Below, piece after piece: positions 1-10,999 of a stretch of DNA of 64,000 bases. Numbering within the stretch: position 1 is the first letter of the stretch; every line of letters starts with the position of its first letter. A model generated the notes under the pieces. That model saw only the letters and a program-made list of their open reading frames with translations, did no database searches and was not told the origin of the DNA. Position numbers and translations under genes: made by a program. The DNA lies in the NCBI RefSeq assembly GCF_003334785.1, contig NZ_QOWV01000016.1; one strand, given 5' to 3'. The DNA is from Escherichia coli (GTDB lineage Bacteria > Pseudomonadota > Gammaproteobacteria > Enterobacterales > Enterobacteriaceae).

Positions 1-130
1 GATCTTTTTGCCAGCGTTCAAGACGGAGATCATCAATCGCCATACCTATTTTGACTTCTTTGGCGTGTGCAGCAACGTTGGTAAGCAGGAGTGAGGTGCA
101 AAGGGTGAGTAGAATGTTCTTTATTTTCAT
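1..130 (-). CDS. xylF: D-xylose ABC transporter periplasmic binding protein, N-terminal fragment only (gene runs off the window start)
   Basis: Reverse complement of 1..130 translates MKIKNILLTLCTSLLLTNVAAHAKEVKIGMAIDDLRLERWQKD (signal peptide plus start of mature XylF); divergent from xylA as in the xyl locus. Confidence 0.85.
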   Translation of the reverse strand, partial: MKIKNILLTLCTSLLLTNVAAHAKEVKIGMAIDDLRLERWQKD

Positions 131-495
131 GGTGTAGGGCCTTCTGTAGTTAGAGGACAGTTTTAATAAGTAACAATCACCGCGATAAACGTAACCAATT
201 TTTAGCAACTAAACAGGGGAAAACAATTACAGATTTTTATCTTTCGATTACGATTTTTGGTTTATTTCTTGATTTATGACCGAGATCTTACTTTTGTTGC
301 GCAATTGTACTTATTGCATTTTTCTCTTCGAGGAATTACCCAGTTTCATCATTCCATTTTATTTTGCGAGCGAGCGCACACTTGTGAATTATCTCAATAG
401 CAGTGTGAAATAACATAATTGAGCAACTGAAAGGGAGTGCCCAATATTACGACATCATCCATCACCCGCGGCATTACCTGATTATGGAGTTCAAT
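131..495. promoter_or_regulatory. Divergent xylF/xylA control region (XylR- and CRP-dependent promoters expected)
   Basis: 365-bp AT-rich intergenic region between divergent xylF and xylA; TGTGA-containing CRP-like half sites present (e.g. gtgtgaaataacataattga). Exact XylR sites not resolved by eye. Confidence 0.5.
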
Positions 496-1818
496 ATGCA
501 AGCCTATTTTGACCAGCTCGATCGCGTTCGTTATGAAGGCTCAAAATCCTCAAACCCGTTAGCATTCCGTCACTACAATCCCGACGAACTGGTGTTGGGT
601 AAGCGTATGGAAGAGCACTTGCGTTTTGCCGCCTGCTACTGGCACACCTTCTGCTGGAACGGGGCGGATATGTTTGGTGTGGGGGCGTTTAATCGTCCGT
701 GGCAGCAGCCTGGTGAGGCACTGGCGTTGGCGAAGCGTAAAGCAGATGTCGCATTTGAGTTTTTCCACAAGTTACATGTGCCATTTTATTGCTTCCACGA
801 TGTGGATGTTTCCCCTGAGGGCGCGTCGTTAAAAGAGTACATCAATAATTTTGCGCAAATGGTTGATGTCCTGGCAGGCAAGCAAGAAGAGAGCGGCGTG
901 AAGCTGCTGTGGGGAACCGCCAACTGCTTTACAAACCCTCGCTACGGCGCGGGTGCGGCGACGAACCCAGATCCTGAAGTCTTCAGCTGGGCGGCAACGC
1001 AAGTTGTTACAGCGATGGAAGCAACCCATAAATTGGGCGGTGAAAACTATGTCCTGTGGGGCGGTCGTGAAGGTTACGAAACGCTGTTAAATACCGACTT
1101 GCGTCAGGAGCGTGAACAACTGGGCCGCTTTATGCAGATGGTGGTTGAGCATAAACATAAAATCGGTTTCCAGGGCACGTTGCTTATCGAACCGAAACCG
1201 CAAGAACCGACCAAACATCAATATGATTACGATGCCGCGACGGTCTATGGCTTCCTGAAACAGTTTGGTCTGGAAAAAGAGATTAAACTGAACATTGAAG
1301 CTAACCACGCGACGCTGGCAGGTCACTCTTTCCATCATGAAATAGCCACCGCCATTGCGCTTGGCCTGTTCGGTTCTGTCGACGCCAACCGTGGCGATGC
1401 GCAACTGGGCTGGGACACCGACCAGTTCCCGAACAGTGTGGAAGAGAATGCGCTGGTGATGTATGAAATTCTCAAAGCAGGCGGTTTCACCACCGGTGGT
1501 CTGAACTTCGATGCCAAAGTACGTCGTCAAAGTACTGATAAATATGATCTGTTTTACGGTCATATCGGCGCGATGGATACGATGGCACTGGCGCTGAAAA
1601 TTGCAGCGCGCATGATTGAAGATGGCGAGCTGGATAAACGCATCGCGCAGCGTTATTCCGGCTGGAATAGCGAATTGGGCCAGCAAATCCTGAAAGGCCA
1701 AATGTCACTGGCAGATTTAGCCAAATATGCTCAGGAACATCATTTGTCTCCGGTGCATCAGAGTGGTCGCCAGGAACAACTGGAAAATCTGGTAAACCAT
1801 TATCTGTTCGACAAATAA
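496..1818 (+). CDS. xylA: Xylose isomerase (440 aa)
   Basis: ORF 484..1818; product begins [31 protein letters not shown] at the internal ATG at 496, matching the E. coli XylA N-terminus as I recall it; full length. Confidence 0.95.
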
Positions 1819-1889
1819 CGGCTAACTGTGCAGTCCGTTGGCCCGGTTATCGGTAGCGATACCGGGCATTTTTTTAAGGAACGATCGAT

Positions 1890-3344
1890 ATGTATATCGG
1901 GATAGATCTTGGCACCTCGGGCGTAAAAGTTATTTTGCTCAACGAGCAGGGTGAGGTGGTTGCTGCGCAAACGGAAAAGCTGACCGTTTCGCGCCCGCAT
2001 CCACTCTGGTCGGAACAAGACCCGGAACAGTGGTGGCAGGCAACTGATCGCGCAATGAAAGCTCTGGGCGATCAGCATTCTCTGCAGGACGTTAAAGCAT
2101 TGGGTATTGCCGGCCAGATGCACGGAGCAACCTTGCTGGATGCTCAGCAACGGGTGTTACGCCCTGCCATTTTGTGGAACGACGGGCGCTGTGCGCAAGA
2201 GTGCACTTTGCTGGAAGCGCGAGTTCCGCAATCGCGGGTGATTACCGGCAACCTGATGATGCCCGGATTTACTGCGCCTAAATTGCTATGGGTTCAGCGG
2301 CATGAGCCGGAGATATTCCGTCAAATCGACAAAGTATTATTACCGAAAGATTACTTGCGTCTGCGTATGACGGGGGAGTTTGCCAGCGATATGTCTGACG
2401 CAGCTGGCACCATGTGGCTGGATGTCGCAAAGCGTGACTGGAGTGACGTCATGCTGCAGGCTTGCGACTTATCTCGTGACCAGATGCCCGCATTATACGA
2501 AGGCAGCGAAATTACTGGTGCTTTGTTACCTGAAGTTGCGAAAGCGTGGGGTATGGCGACGGTGCCAGTTGTCGCAGGCGGTGGCGACAATGCAGCTGGT
2601 GCAGTTGGTGTGGGAATGGTTGATGCTAATCAGGCAATGTTATCGCTGGGGACGTCGGGGGTCTATTTTGCTGTCAGCGAAGGGTTCTTAAGCAAGCCAG
2701 AAAGCGCCGTACATAGCTTTTGCCATGCGCTACCGCAACGTTGGCATTTAATGTCTGTGATGCTGAGTGCAGCGTCGTGTCTGGATTGGGCCGCGAAATT
2801 AACCGGCCTGAGCAATGTCCCAGCTTTAATCGCTGCAGCTCAACAGGCTGATGAAAGTGCCGAGCCAGTTTGGTTTCTGCCTTATCTTTCCGGCGAGCGT
2901 ACGCCACACAATAATCCCCAGGCGAAGGGGGTTTTCTTTGGTTTGACTCATCAACATGGCCCCAATGAACTGGCGCGAGCAGTGCTGGAAGGCGTGGGTT
3001 ATGCGCTGGCAGATGGCATGGATGTCGTGCATGCCTGCGGTATTAAACCGCAAAGTGTTACGTTGATTGGGGGCGGGGCGCGTAGTGAGTACTGGCGTCA
3101 GATGCTGGCGGATATCAGCGGTCAGCAGCTCGATTACCGTACGGGGGGGGATGTGGGGCCAGCACTGGGCGCAGCAAGGCTGGCGCAGATCGCGGCGAAT
3201 CCAGAGAAATCGCTCATTGAATTGTTGCCGCAACTACCGTTAGAACAGTCGCATCTACCAGATGCGCAGCGTTATGCCGCTTATCAGCCACGACGAGAAA
3301 CGTTCCGTCGCCTCTATCAGCAACTTCTGCCATTAATGGCGTAA
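1890..3344 (+). CDS. xylB: Xylulokinase (484 aa)
   Basis: MYIGIDLGTSGVKVILL... FGGY-family sugar kinase immediately downstream of xylA (71-bp gap). Confidence 0.95.
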   Translation: MYIGIDLGTSGVKVILLNEQGEVVAAQTEKLTVSRPHPLWSEQDPEQWWQATDRAMKALGDQHSLQDVKALGIAGQMHGATLLDAQQRVLRPAILWNDGRCAQECTLLEARVPQSRVITGNLMMPGFTAPKLLWVQRHEPEIFRQIDKVLLPKDYLRLRMTGEFASDMSDAAGTMWLDVAKRDWSDVMLQACDLSRDQMPALYEGSEITGALLPEVAKAWGMATVPVVAGGGDNAAGAVGVGMVDANQAMLSLGTSGVYFAVSEGFLSKPESAVHSFCHALPQRWHLMSVMLSAASCLDWAAKLTGLSNVPALIAAAQQADESAEPVWFLPYLSGERTPHNNPQAKGVFFGLTHQHGPNELARAVLEGVGYALADGMDVVHACGIKPQSVTLIGGGARSEYWRQMLADISGQQLDYRTGGDVGPALGAARLAQIAANPEKSLIELLPQLPLEQSHLPDAQRYAAYQPRRETFRRLYQQLLPLMA

Positions 3345-3512
3345 ACGTTATCCCCTGCCTGACCGGGTGGGGGATAATTCACATCTATATATCTCAGTAA
3401 TTAATTAATATTTAGTATGAATTTATTCTGAAAATCATTTGTTAATGGCATTTTTCAGTTTTGTCTTTCGTTGGTTACTCGTAATGTATCGCTGGTAGAT
3501 ATGGAGATCGTT

Positions 3513-3854
3513 ATGAAAACCTCAAAGACTGTGGCAAAACTATTATTTGTTGTCGGGGCGCTGGTTTATCTGGTTGGGCTATGGATCTCATGCCCATTGT
3601 TAAGTGGAAAAGGCTATTTTCTTGGCGTGTTAATGACAGCAACTTTTGGCAACTATGCATATCTTCGCGCAGAAAAACTCGGGCAACTGGATGATTTTTT
3701 TACCCATATCTGCCAGTTAGTTGCGTTAATCACTATCGGTCTCTTGTTTATCGGTGTTTTAAACGCACCTATCAATACTTATGAAATGGTGATCTATCCC
3801 ATCGCCTTTTTTGTCTGCTTGTTTGGTCAAATGCGTTTGTTTCGCTCGGCATGA
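3513..3854 (+). CDS. yiaB: Small inner-membrane protein YiaB (113 aa)
   Basis: ORF 3471..3854; internal ATG at 3513 preceded by GGAG gives MKTSKTVAKLLFVVGALVYLVGLW..., hydrophobic, paralogous to the next ORF. Confidence 0.8.
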   Translation: MKTSKTVAKLLFVVGALVYLVGLWISCPLLSGKGYFLGVLMTATFGNYAYLRAEKLGQLDDFFTHICQLVALITIGLLFIGVLNAPINTYEMVIYPIAFFVCLFGQMRLFRSA

Positions 3855-3899
3855 GCAACATAAAGCTCTTACATATTCAGGAATGAAAGGAATACTGTG

Positions 3900-4337
3900 A
3901 TGGACAACAAAATATCAACCTATTCACCGGCCTTTAGTATTGTGTCATGGATAGCTCTCGTTGGTGGTATCGTTACCTATCTGTTAGGGCTATGGAATGC
4001 AGAGATGCAGTTAAATGAAAAAGGATATTATTTTGCCGTACTGGTATTAGGACTGTTTTCTGCGGCGTCTTATCAAAAGACCGTTCGGGACAAGTATGAA
4101 GGCATACCGACCACTTCCATTTATTATATGACCTGCCTGACTGTCTTTATTATCTCTGTTGCATTACTGATGGTAGGTCTGTGGAATGCGACATTATTAC
4201 TCAGCGAAAAAGGTTTTTATGGACTGGCTTTCTTCTTAAGCTTGTTTGGTGCAGTAGCGGTGCAGAAAAATATTCGTGATGCCGGAATAAACCCACCAAA
4301 AGAAACACAGGTTACCCAGGAAGAATACAGCGAATAA
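3900..4337 (+). CDS. yiaA: Small inner-membrane protein YiaA (145 aa)
   Basis: ORF 3897..4337; [32 protein letters not shown]...; two internal repeats of the YiaA/YiaB motif (..GLWNA...EKG(Y/F)Y..). Confidence 0.85.
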
Positions 4338-4345
4338 CTCACGTA

Positions 4346-4377
4346 AGCCCGGTCAGTCCAATGTGACCGGGCTTTTA
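4346..4377. terminator. Bidirectional hairpin between convergent yiaA and wecH
   Basis: aagcccggtcagtccaatgtgaccgggctttt: GC stem with a T-run on the + strand, sitting between two convergent stop codons. Confidence 0.5.
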
Positions 4378-4378
4378 C

Positions 4379-5374
4379 TTAACTCACTAATCTGTTTCTG
4401 TCGATTCGTTGTACCAGCATAGAAAGTAACAAACTCGCTGCCAACGTCGCGCAAAAGATCCAAATAATATCCAGTATTGGCCAATTTTTAAGCTCAATTC
4501 CCCGGGTGCGCAGCGCATGGATAATCAAGGCGTGGAATCCGTATATACCCAATGAATGGCGGGAGATTAAGCCAAGTCCGCGAATGGTACGCGTATCCAG
4601 CGTGTTTTTAACCAGAGTCAATAGCGCGATTGCGCAGATAAAAACCATCGGCCCACAGTAAAGATACCAGGTATCGGCAAAATTTCCGCGCCACTGCAAT
4701 TCATATAATGTCCCGCGAGAGATAATAAAAACCCCCGTCGCAAACAGCGCGGCGCTCACCCACGACAGTGCTTTATGCTGTGTGTCCATCATCCCTATAG
4801 CGCGGCCCAACATGCCATACAGAATGTAGTAAAAAGTATCGCCATTGATATATAAGTTAATTGGCAGCCATTCAAAACCGTCAATTTTCTGCGGCACTGT
4901 GTTTGGGTTAGCGATAATGCCAATCACCGCCATTAGCACCAGCAACATTTTTCCGCCGACGTTCTTCACCTGAATCAGCGGTGAAACCAGATAAATCACC
5001 GCAATCGCGAAGAAAAACCACAAGTGGTAAAACACTGGCTTTTGCAGCAGGTTTTTCAGCGCTAACTCCATATTGATGGAGGTAAACAGCGCAATGTAGA
5101 GCAGTGCGATTGCGCTATAAAAAATCAGACATAAGCCGATACGCAAGAAATGGCGCGGCTGGGCGCTGCGTTCGCCAAAAAAGAGATAGCCGGAAATCAT
5201 GAAAAATAGCGGCACGCTGACACGAGAGGCAGAATTCAGAACATTGGCGATATCCCATGTGACGGGGCTAACACTATGAGCATTGGTCACATACCAGGTA
5301 GTGGTGTGAATCATCACCACCATTAAACACGCTATCCCTCGCAGGTTATCAATCCAGTAAATTTTGGGCTGCAT
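4379..5374 (-). CDS. wecH: Acyltransferase-3 family membrane protein (ECA O-acetyltransferase WecH/YiaH), 331 aa
   Basis: [29 protein letters not shown]... polytopic membrane acyltransferase; position between yiaA and ysaB. Confidence 0.85.
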
Positions 5375-5548
5375 CTGTGTCTCTGTATCTGGTTAAAAAA
5401 AGTCTGACCGATAAATCATTTGGTTGGCGCACTGGAATAATCTGAGTTTTATCACTACAGCTTATAGAGGCTTAAGGAAATTCGTAAGATATCAGCCACT
5501 ATACCGATATAAATAATAAGACTCACCTGCAAACCAGACGGTAATTTA

Positions 5549-5848
5549 ATGATGATGAACGCTTTCTTTCCGGCAATGGCGCTTATGGTGCTAGTGGGTT
5601 GTTCTATACCGTCACCCGTGCAGAAAGCACAACGGGTAAAGGTTGATCCTCTGCGTTCGTTGAATATGGAAGCGTTATGCAAGGATCAGGCGGCAAAACG
5701 TTATAACACCGGCGAGCAAAAAATCGACGTCACCGCCTTCGAACAGTTCCAGGGAAGCTATGAAATGCGCGGTTATACCTTCCGTAAAGAGCAGTTTGTC
5801 TGTTCTTTTGACGCGGATGGCCATTTTTTGCATCTTTCCATGCGTTAA
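5549..5848 (+). CDS. ysaB: Small lipoprotein YsaB (99 aa)
   Basis: Signal peptide with lipobox LVGC|S (MMMNAFFPAMALMVLVGCSIPSP...); immediately upstream of glyQ. Confidence 0.8.
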   Translation: MMMNAFFPAMALMVLVGCSIPSPVQKAQRVKVDPLRSLNMEALCKDQAAKRYNTGEQKIDVTAFEQFQGSYEMRGYTFRKEQFVCSFDADGHFLHLSMR

Positions 5849-5942
5849 GCCCTGCTTTTTCCCGTTTCGTACTGTATATCTTCCATCCAGCGAGTATACT
5901 GATCCCTTCCTTTAAATCCACACGTATCCAGCACGAAATAAT

Positions 5943-6854
5943 ATGCAAAAGTTTGATACCAGGACCTTCCAGGGCTTGATCCTGACCTTACAGGATTACT
6001 GGGCTCGCCAGGGCTGCACCATTGTTCAACCATTGGACATGGAAGTCGGCGCGGGAACCTCTCACCCAATGACCTGTCTGCGCGCGCTGGGGCCAGAACC
6101 GATGGCGGCTGCTTATGTTCAGCCTTCTCGTCGCCCGACCGATGGTCGCTACGGCGAAAACCCCAACCGTTTACAGCACTACTATCAGTTCCAGGTGGTC
6201 ATTAAGCCATCGCCGGACAATATTCAGGAGCTGTACCTCGGTTCTCTGAAAGAGCTGGGCATGGACCCGACTATTCACGACATCCGTTTCGTGGAAGATA
6301 ACTGGGAAAACCCGACGCTGGGTGCCTGGGGACTGGGCTGGGAAGTGTGGCTGAACGGCATGGAAGTGACGCAGTTCACTTACTTCCAGCAGGTTGGTGG
6401 TCTGGAGTGTAAACCGGTTACCGGCGAGATCACCTACGGTCTGGAACGTCTGGCCATGTACATTCAGGGCGTAGACAGCGTTTACGACCTGGTCTGGAGC
6501 GACGGCCCGCTGGGTAAAACCACCTACGGCGACGTGTTCCATCAGAACGAAGTGGAGCAGTCCACTTACAACTTCGAATACGCGGATGTGGACTTCCTGT
6601 TCACCTGCTTCGAGCAGTACGAGAAAGAAGCGCAGCAGCTGCTGGCGCTGGAAAATCCGCTGCCGCTGCCAGCCTACGAGCGTATTCTGAAAGCCGCCCA
6701 CAGCTTCAACCTGCTGGATGCGCGTAAAGCCATCTCCGTCACCGAGCGTCAGCGCTACATTCTGCGCATTCGCACCCTGACCAAAGCAGTGGCAGAAGCA
6801 TACTACGCTTCCCGTGAAGCCCTCGGCTTCCCGATGTGCAACAAAGATAAGTAA
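5943..6854 (+). CDS. glyQ: Glycine--tRNA ligase alpha subunit (303 aa)
   Basis: [25 protein letters not shown]...; 9 bp upstream of glyS. Confidence 0.95.
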
Positions 6855-6863
6855 GAGGCGGCT

Positions 6864-8933
6864 ATGTCTGAGAAAACTTTTCTGGTGGAAATCGGCACTG
6901 AAGAGCTGCCACCAAAAGCACTGCGCAGCCTGGCTGAGTCCTTTGCTGCGAACTTTACTGCGGAGCTGGATAACGCTGGCCTCGCACACGGCACCGTTCA
7001 ATGGTTTGCTGCTCCGCGTCGTCTGGCGCTGAAAGTAGCTAACCTGGCGGAAGCGCAACCGGATCGTGAAATCGAAAAACGCGGCCCGGCGATTGCCCAG
7101 GCGTTCGACGCTGAAGGCAAACCGAGCAAAGCGGCAGAAGGTTGGGCGCGTGGTTGCGGTATTACCGTTGACCAGGCTGAGCGTCTGACTACCGATAAAG
7201 GCGAATGGCTGCTGTATCGCGCCCATGTGAAGGGCGAAAGCACCGAAGCACTGCTGCCGAATATGGTTGCGACTTCTCTGGCGAAACTGCCGATCCCGAA
7301 ACTGATGCGTTGGGGCGCAAGCGACGTGCACTTCGTGCGTCCGGTGCACACCGTGACCCTGCTGCTGGGCGACAAAGTCATTCCGGCAACCATTCTGGGC
7401 ATTCAGTCCGATCGCGTGATTCGCGGCCACCGCTTTATGGGCGAGCCGGAATTCACCATCGATAACGCCGATCAGTATCCGGAAATTCTGCGTGAGCGTG
7501 GGAAAGTCATCGCCGATTACGAAGAACGTAAGGCGAAGATTAAAGCCGATGCCGAAGAAGCAGCGCGTAAGATTGGCGGTAACGCTGACTTAAGCGAAAG
7601 CCTGCTGGAAGAAGTGGCTTCGCTGGTGGAGTGGCCGGTCGTTCTGACCGCAAAATTCGAAGAGAAATTCCTCGCGGTGCCGGCTGAAGCGCTGGTTTAC
7701 ACCATGAAAGGTGACCAGAAATACTTCCCGGTGTATGCGAACGACGGCAAACTGCTGCCGAACTTTATCTTCGTTGCCAACATCGAATCGAAAGATCCGC
7801 AGCAGATTATCTCCGGTAACGAGAAAGTCGTTCGTCCGCGTCTGGCGGATGCCGAGTTCTTCTTCAACACCGACCGTAAAAAACGTCTTGAAGATAACCT
7901 GCCGCGCCTGCAAACCGTGTTGTTCCAGCAACAGTTGGGGACGCTGCGCGACAAAACTGACCGCATCCAGGCGCTGGCTGGCTGGATTGCTGAACAGATT
8001 GGCGCTGACGTTAACCACGCTACCCGTGCGGGTCTGCTGTCTAAGTGCGACCTGATGACCAACATGGTCTTCGAGTTCACCGACACCCAGGGCGTTATGG
8101 GGATGCACTATGCGCGTCACGATGGCGAAGCGGAAGATGTCGCGGTGGCGCTGAATGAGCAGTATCAGCCGCGTTTTGCTGGTGATGACCTGCCGTCCAA
8201 CCCAGTAGCTTGTGCGCTGGCGATTGCTGACAAGATGGATACCCTGGCGGGTATCTTCGGTATCGGTCAGCATCCGAAAGGCGACAAAGACCCGTTTGCG
8301 CTGCGTCGTGCCGCGCTTGGCGTGCTGCGAATTATCGTTGAGAAGAACCTCAACCTTGATCTGCAAACGCTGACCGAAGAAGCGGTGCGTCTGTATGGCG
8401 ATAAGCTGACTAATGCCAACGTAGTTGATGATGTTATCGACTTTATGCTCGGTCGCTTCCGCGCCTGGTATCAGGACGAAGGTTATACCGTTGACACCAT
8501 CCAGGCGGTACTGGCGCGTCGTCCGACTCGTCCGGCTGATTTCGATGCCCGTATGAAAGCGGTATCGCATTTCCGTACCCTGGATGCAGCTGCTGCACTG
8601 GCGGCGGCGAACAAACGTGTATCTAACATTCTGGCGAAATCTGACGAAGTGCTGAGCGACCGCGTGAATGCCTCTACCCTGAAAGAGCCGGAAGAAATTA
8701 AACTGGCGATGCAGGTTGTGGTGCTACGTGACAAGCTGGAGCCGTACTTTACGGAAGGTCGTTACCAGGATGCGCTGGTCGAACTGGCTGAGCTGCGTGA
8801 ACCGGTTGATGCTTTCTTCGATAAAGTGATGGTCATGGTTGATGACAAAGAATTGCGTATCAACCGTCTGACCATGCTGGAGAAACTGCGCGAACTGTTC
8901 CTGCGCGTTGCGGATATTTCGCTGTTGCAATAA
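6864..8933 (+). CDS. glyS: Glycine--tRNA ligase beta subunit (689 aa)
   Basis: [40 protein letters not shown]...; operon partner of glyQ. Confidence 0.95.
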   Translation: MSEKTFLVEIGTEELPPKALRSLAESFAANFTAELDNAGLAHGTVQWFAAPRRLALKVANLAEAQPDREIEKRGPAIAQAFDAEGKPSKAAEGWARGCGITVDQAERLTTDKGEWLLYRAHVKGESTEALLPNMVATSLAKLPIPKLMRWGASDVHFVRPVHTVTLLLGDKVIPATILGIQSDRVIRGHRFMGEPEFTIDNADQYPEILRERGKVIADYEERKAKIKADAEEAARKIGGNADLSESLLEEVASLVEWPVVLTAKFEEKFLAVPAEALVYTMKGDQKYFPVYANDGKLLPNFIFVANIESKDPQQIISGNEKVVRPRLADAEFFFNTDRKKRLEDNLPRLQTVLFQQQLGTLRDKTDRIQALAGWIAEQIGADVNHATRAGLLSKCDLMTNMVFEFTDTQGVMGMHYARHDGEAEDVAVALNEQYQPRFAGDDLPSNPVACALAIADKMDTLAGIFGIGQHPKGDKDPFALRRAALGVLRIIVEKNLNLDLQTLTEEAVRLYGDKLTNANVVDDVIDFMLGRFRAWYQDEGYTVDTIQAVLARRPTRPADFDARMKAVSHFRTLDAAAALAAANKRVSNILAKSDEVLSDRVNASTLKEPEEIKLAMQVVVLRDKLEPYFTEGRYQDALVELAELREPVDAFFDKVMVMVDDKELRINRLTMLEKLRELFLRVADISLLQ

Positions 8934-8950
8934 TAACGCCGTTATTAAAT

Positions 8951-8977
8951 AGCCTGCCATCTGGCAGGCTTTTTTTA
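8951..8977 (+). terminator. Rho-independent terminator of glyQS
   Basis: agcctgccatctggcaggct followed by ttttttt, 18 bp after the glyS stop. Confidence 0.8.
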
Positions 8978-9211
8978 TCGCTAAATAATACAGCAACCTT
9001 TAATAATCTTCTGCTGAATAAAGATTATCTCATATATTAATTTTATGAGATTTTTTTAGGATTATATCAAGGAGAAGAAACAAACTTATTAAGCTAGAAT
9101 AGCCACGGGTGCTTGAGACTGTTTGTCTCAGGTATTCACCGAAAGGCAGACAGAGAAAAGCCCCACCTGACTATAAATCAAAGTTTGTACTGACCCCAAA
9201 AAGTTGGACAG

Positions 9212-10063
9212 TTAAACACGAGGCATATAGGTCTGATTCCGATATTCAATTGGAGTCAGACCTTTTAATTTCAGGCTAATTCTTCTGCTGTTGTAGTATT
9301 CAATATATTCCGTAACAGCATCCTTCAGTTCGCTTATATTACTGAACTCATCAAGATAAAAACACTCCGACTTTAAGGTTCCAAAGAAACACTCCACCAC
9401 AGCATTATCCAGACAATTGCCTTTTCTGGACATGCTTTGTTTAATACCATGTTCTTTAAGGATATTTTGATATCTTCTCATACGATACTGCCATCCCTGG
9501 TCAGAGTGCAGAACAGGATGCTCGTGAGGATTAAGCTTTTTGAATGCCTGATCGAGCATATTCTCAACCATGTTCATCACTGGTCTTTCCGAAAGGCTGT
9601 AAGAAATAACTTCGTTGTTGAAGAGATCTATTACTGGAGACAAATACAGCTTGCGCCCATTGACTGCAAATTCAGTAACATCGGTAACCCACTTCTCGTT
9701 TGGCCGCGTAGCCTTGAAATCTCTTTGGAGAACATTAGGGGCGGTTTGCCCTACCTCTCCTCTGTAAGAGCGGTATCGCTTGACCTTAATCGCTGCTTTA
9801 AGTGAGAGGGTTCCCATCAGGCGCTGAACAGCTTTATGGTTAATCTGTTTCCCTTCTCGATGAAGAGACAGCGTTACCCTACGGTATCCGTATCGGCCTC
9901 TATTCTCGTGATAAATCTCACTAATACGCTTTTTAACGTCCGCATACTTGTCAGGCTTGCTGAGAGCCTTTAGATGATAATAAAACGTACTGCGCGGTAT
10001 CTCCGCAGCCCTGAGAAGCTCATCAAGAGGATAAAACTGCCTTAGCTCGTTGAGTACTTTCAC
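9212..10063 (-). CDS. insK: IS150 transposase OrfB (DDE catalytic domain), 283 aa
   Basis: [32 protein letters not shown]... IS3-family integrase core; GTG start overlapping the orfA stop. Confidence 0.9.
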
Positions 10064-10581
10064 TTTTTCGTGGGATGAGCTAAGGCTTTCAGCTTTTTTA
10101 GATACATAAGCCGCGTTTCAAGAAATCGAACTTGCCTTTCAAGATCCTCAATGCGTCGGTCTTTTGACAGCTCCAATGCTGATGCCGCTTTTTCTGGATC
10201 AACTGATATTGCAATGTTTCTTTTGGTGCCAATCTTGAGCGCGCGTAAACCAGCTTCTCCGCGCTCTTCATAGACCTTCAGCCACCTGGCTACAGAACCA
10301 CTACCAGCAAGCATAAAGTGAGCAGCAGCCTGATTAAGGGACATGTGCTGCTCGATCACAGCTTTCACGACCTTAATACGCAACTCTGGATCAGCACTAA
10401 CGCCTTTAGGTTTGGGAATTAAACCTTTTTCTCCATGTTTTTCATAGAGGGCAACCCATGTCCTGACCTGGGTTCGGGGGACACCAAAACGTGCCGAGAT
10501 GATCCTGTAACCATCATCAGTTGTGAAGTAGTGATTCACGACTTCAAGGCGCTTTTCAAAAGGGTATTTTGGCTTTGACAT
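10060..10581 (-). CDS. insJ: IS150 OrfA (HTH DNA-binding), 173 aa
   Basis: MSKPKYPFEKRLEVVNHYFTTDDGYRIISARFGVPRTQVRTWV...; ends ...HPTKK* overlapping orfB. Confidence 0.9.
   Translation of the reverse strand: MSKPKYPFEKRLEVVNHYFTTDDGYRIISARFGVPRTQVRTWVALYEKHGEKGLIPKPKGVSADPELRIKVVKAVIEQHMSLNQAAAHFMLAGSGSVARWLKVYEERGEAGLRALKIGTKRNIAISVDPEKAASALELSKDRRIEDLERQVRFLETRLMYLKKLKALAHPTKK
10093..10099 (-). other. Candidate programmed -1 ribosomal frameshift heptamer (A AAA AAG) for OrfAB fusion
   Basis: Minus-strand A AAA AAG in the orfA frame, inside the region where the orfB frame is already open; a second A AAA AAG sits at the orfA stop (10063..10069). Which one is used cannot be decided from sequence. 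Confidence 0.5.
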
Positions 10582-10660
10582 ATTAGGGGCTATTCCATTT
10601 CATCGTCCAACAAAATGGGTGCAGTACATACTCGTTGGAAATCAACACAGGAGGCTGGGA

Positions 10661-10813
10661 ATGCCGCAGAAATATAGATTACTTTCTTTAATAGTGATTT
10701 GTTTCACGCTTTTATTTTTCACCTGGATGATAAGAGATTCACTGTGTGAATTGCATATTAAACAGGAGAGTTATGAGCTGGCGGCGTTTTTAGCCTGCAA
10801 ATTGAAAGAGTAA
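10661..10813 (+). CDS. hokA: Hok-family type I toxin HokA (50 aa)
   Basis: MPQKYRLLSLIVICFTLLFFTWMIRDSLCELHIKQESYELAAFLACKLKE: Hok/Gef fold (single TM, conserved C..SLCE.. core). The overlapping mok-like frame (ORF 10619..10813) begins inside the IS150 right end. Confidence 0.85.
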   Translation: MPQKYRLLSLIVICFTLLFFTWMIRDSLCELHIKQESYELAAFLACKLKE

Positions 10814-10943
10814 GAGTCTTCGGCGGGAAATTATTCCCGCCTTACTTACGGCGTTGCGCATTCTCATTGCACCCAAATTTATTCTTCACAAAAATAATAA
10901 TAGATTTTATTACGCGATCGATTATTTATTTCCTGAAAACAAA

Positions 10944-10973
10944 TAAAAAAATCCCCGCCAAATGGCAGGGATC
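10944..10973 (-). terminator. Rho-independent terminator of cspA
   Basis: Minus strand reads atccctgccatttggcggggat followed by ttttttt, about 27 nt after the cspA stop. Confidence 0.75.
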
Positions 10974-10999
10974 TTAGATTCTGTGCTTTTAAGCAGAGA

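Larger units (their letters stand above)
9186..10628 (-). mobile_element. IS150: IS150 (IS3 family), complete 1443-bp copy
   Basis: Terminal inverted repeats TGTACTGACCCCAAAAAGTTGGACAG (9186->) and TGTACTGCACCCATTTTGTTGGACGATGAAATGG (<-10628); contains orfA/orfB (insJ/insK) with the A-AAA-AAG frameshift window. Confidence 0.9.

Noticed and set aside
6171-7430. 419-aa ORF on the minus strand, plus similar long antisense ORFs at 7590..8570, 15254..16354, 43636..44508, 1087..1701, 53769..54305 and 56736..57545
   Set aside because: Each lies entirely antisense to a well-supported, full-length gene (glyQ/glyS, bisC, bcsC, xylA, yhjG, yhjD). The translations are Arg/Gln/His-rich low-complexity strings with no recognisable domain and no RBS at their starts. 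They are mirror-frame artefacts of codon-biased genes.
10619-10813. 64-aa ORF starting inside the IS150 right inverted repeat
   Set aside because: This is the mok-like frame overlapping hokA with its N-terminus supplied by IS sequence; the genuine product is the 50-aa HokA beginning at 10661.
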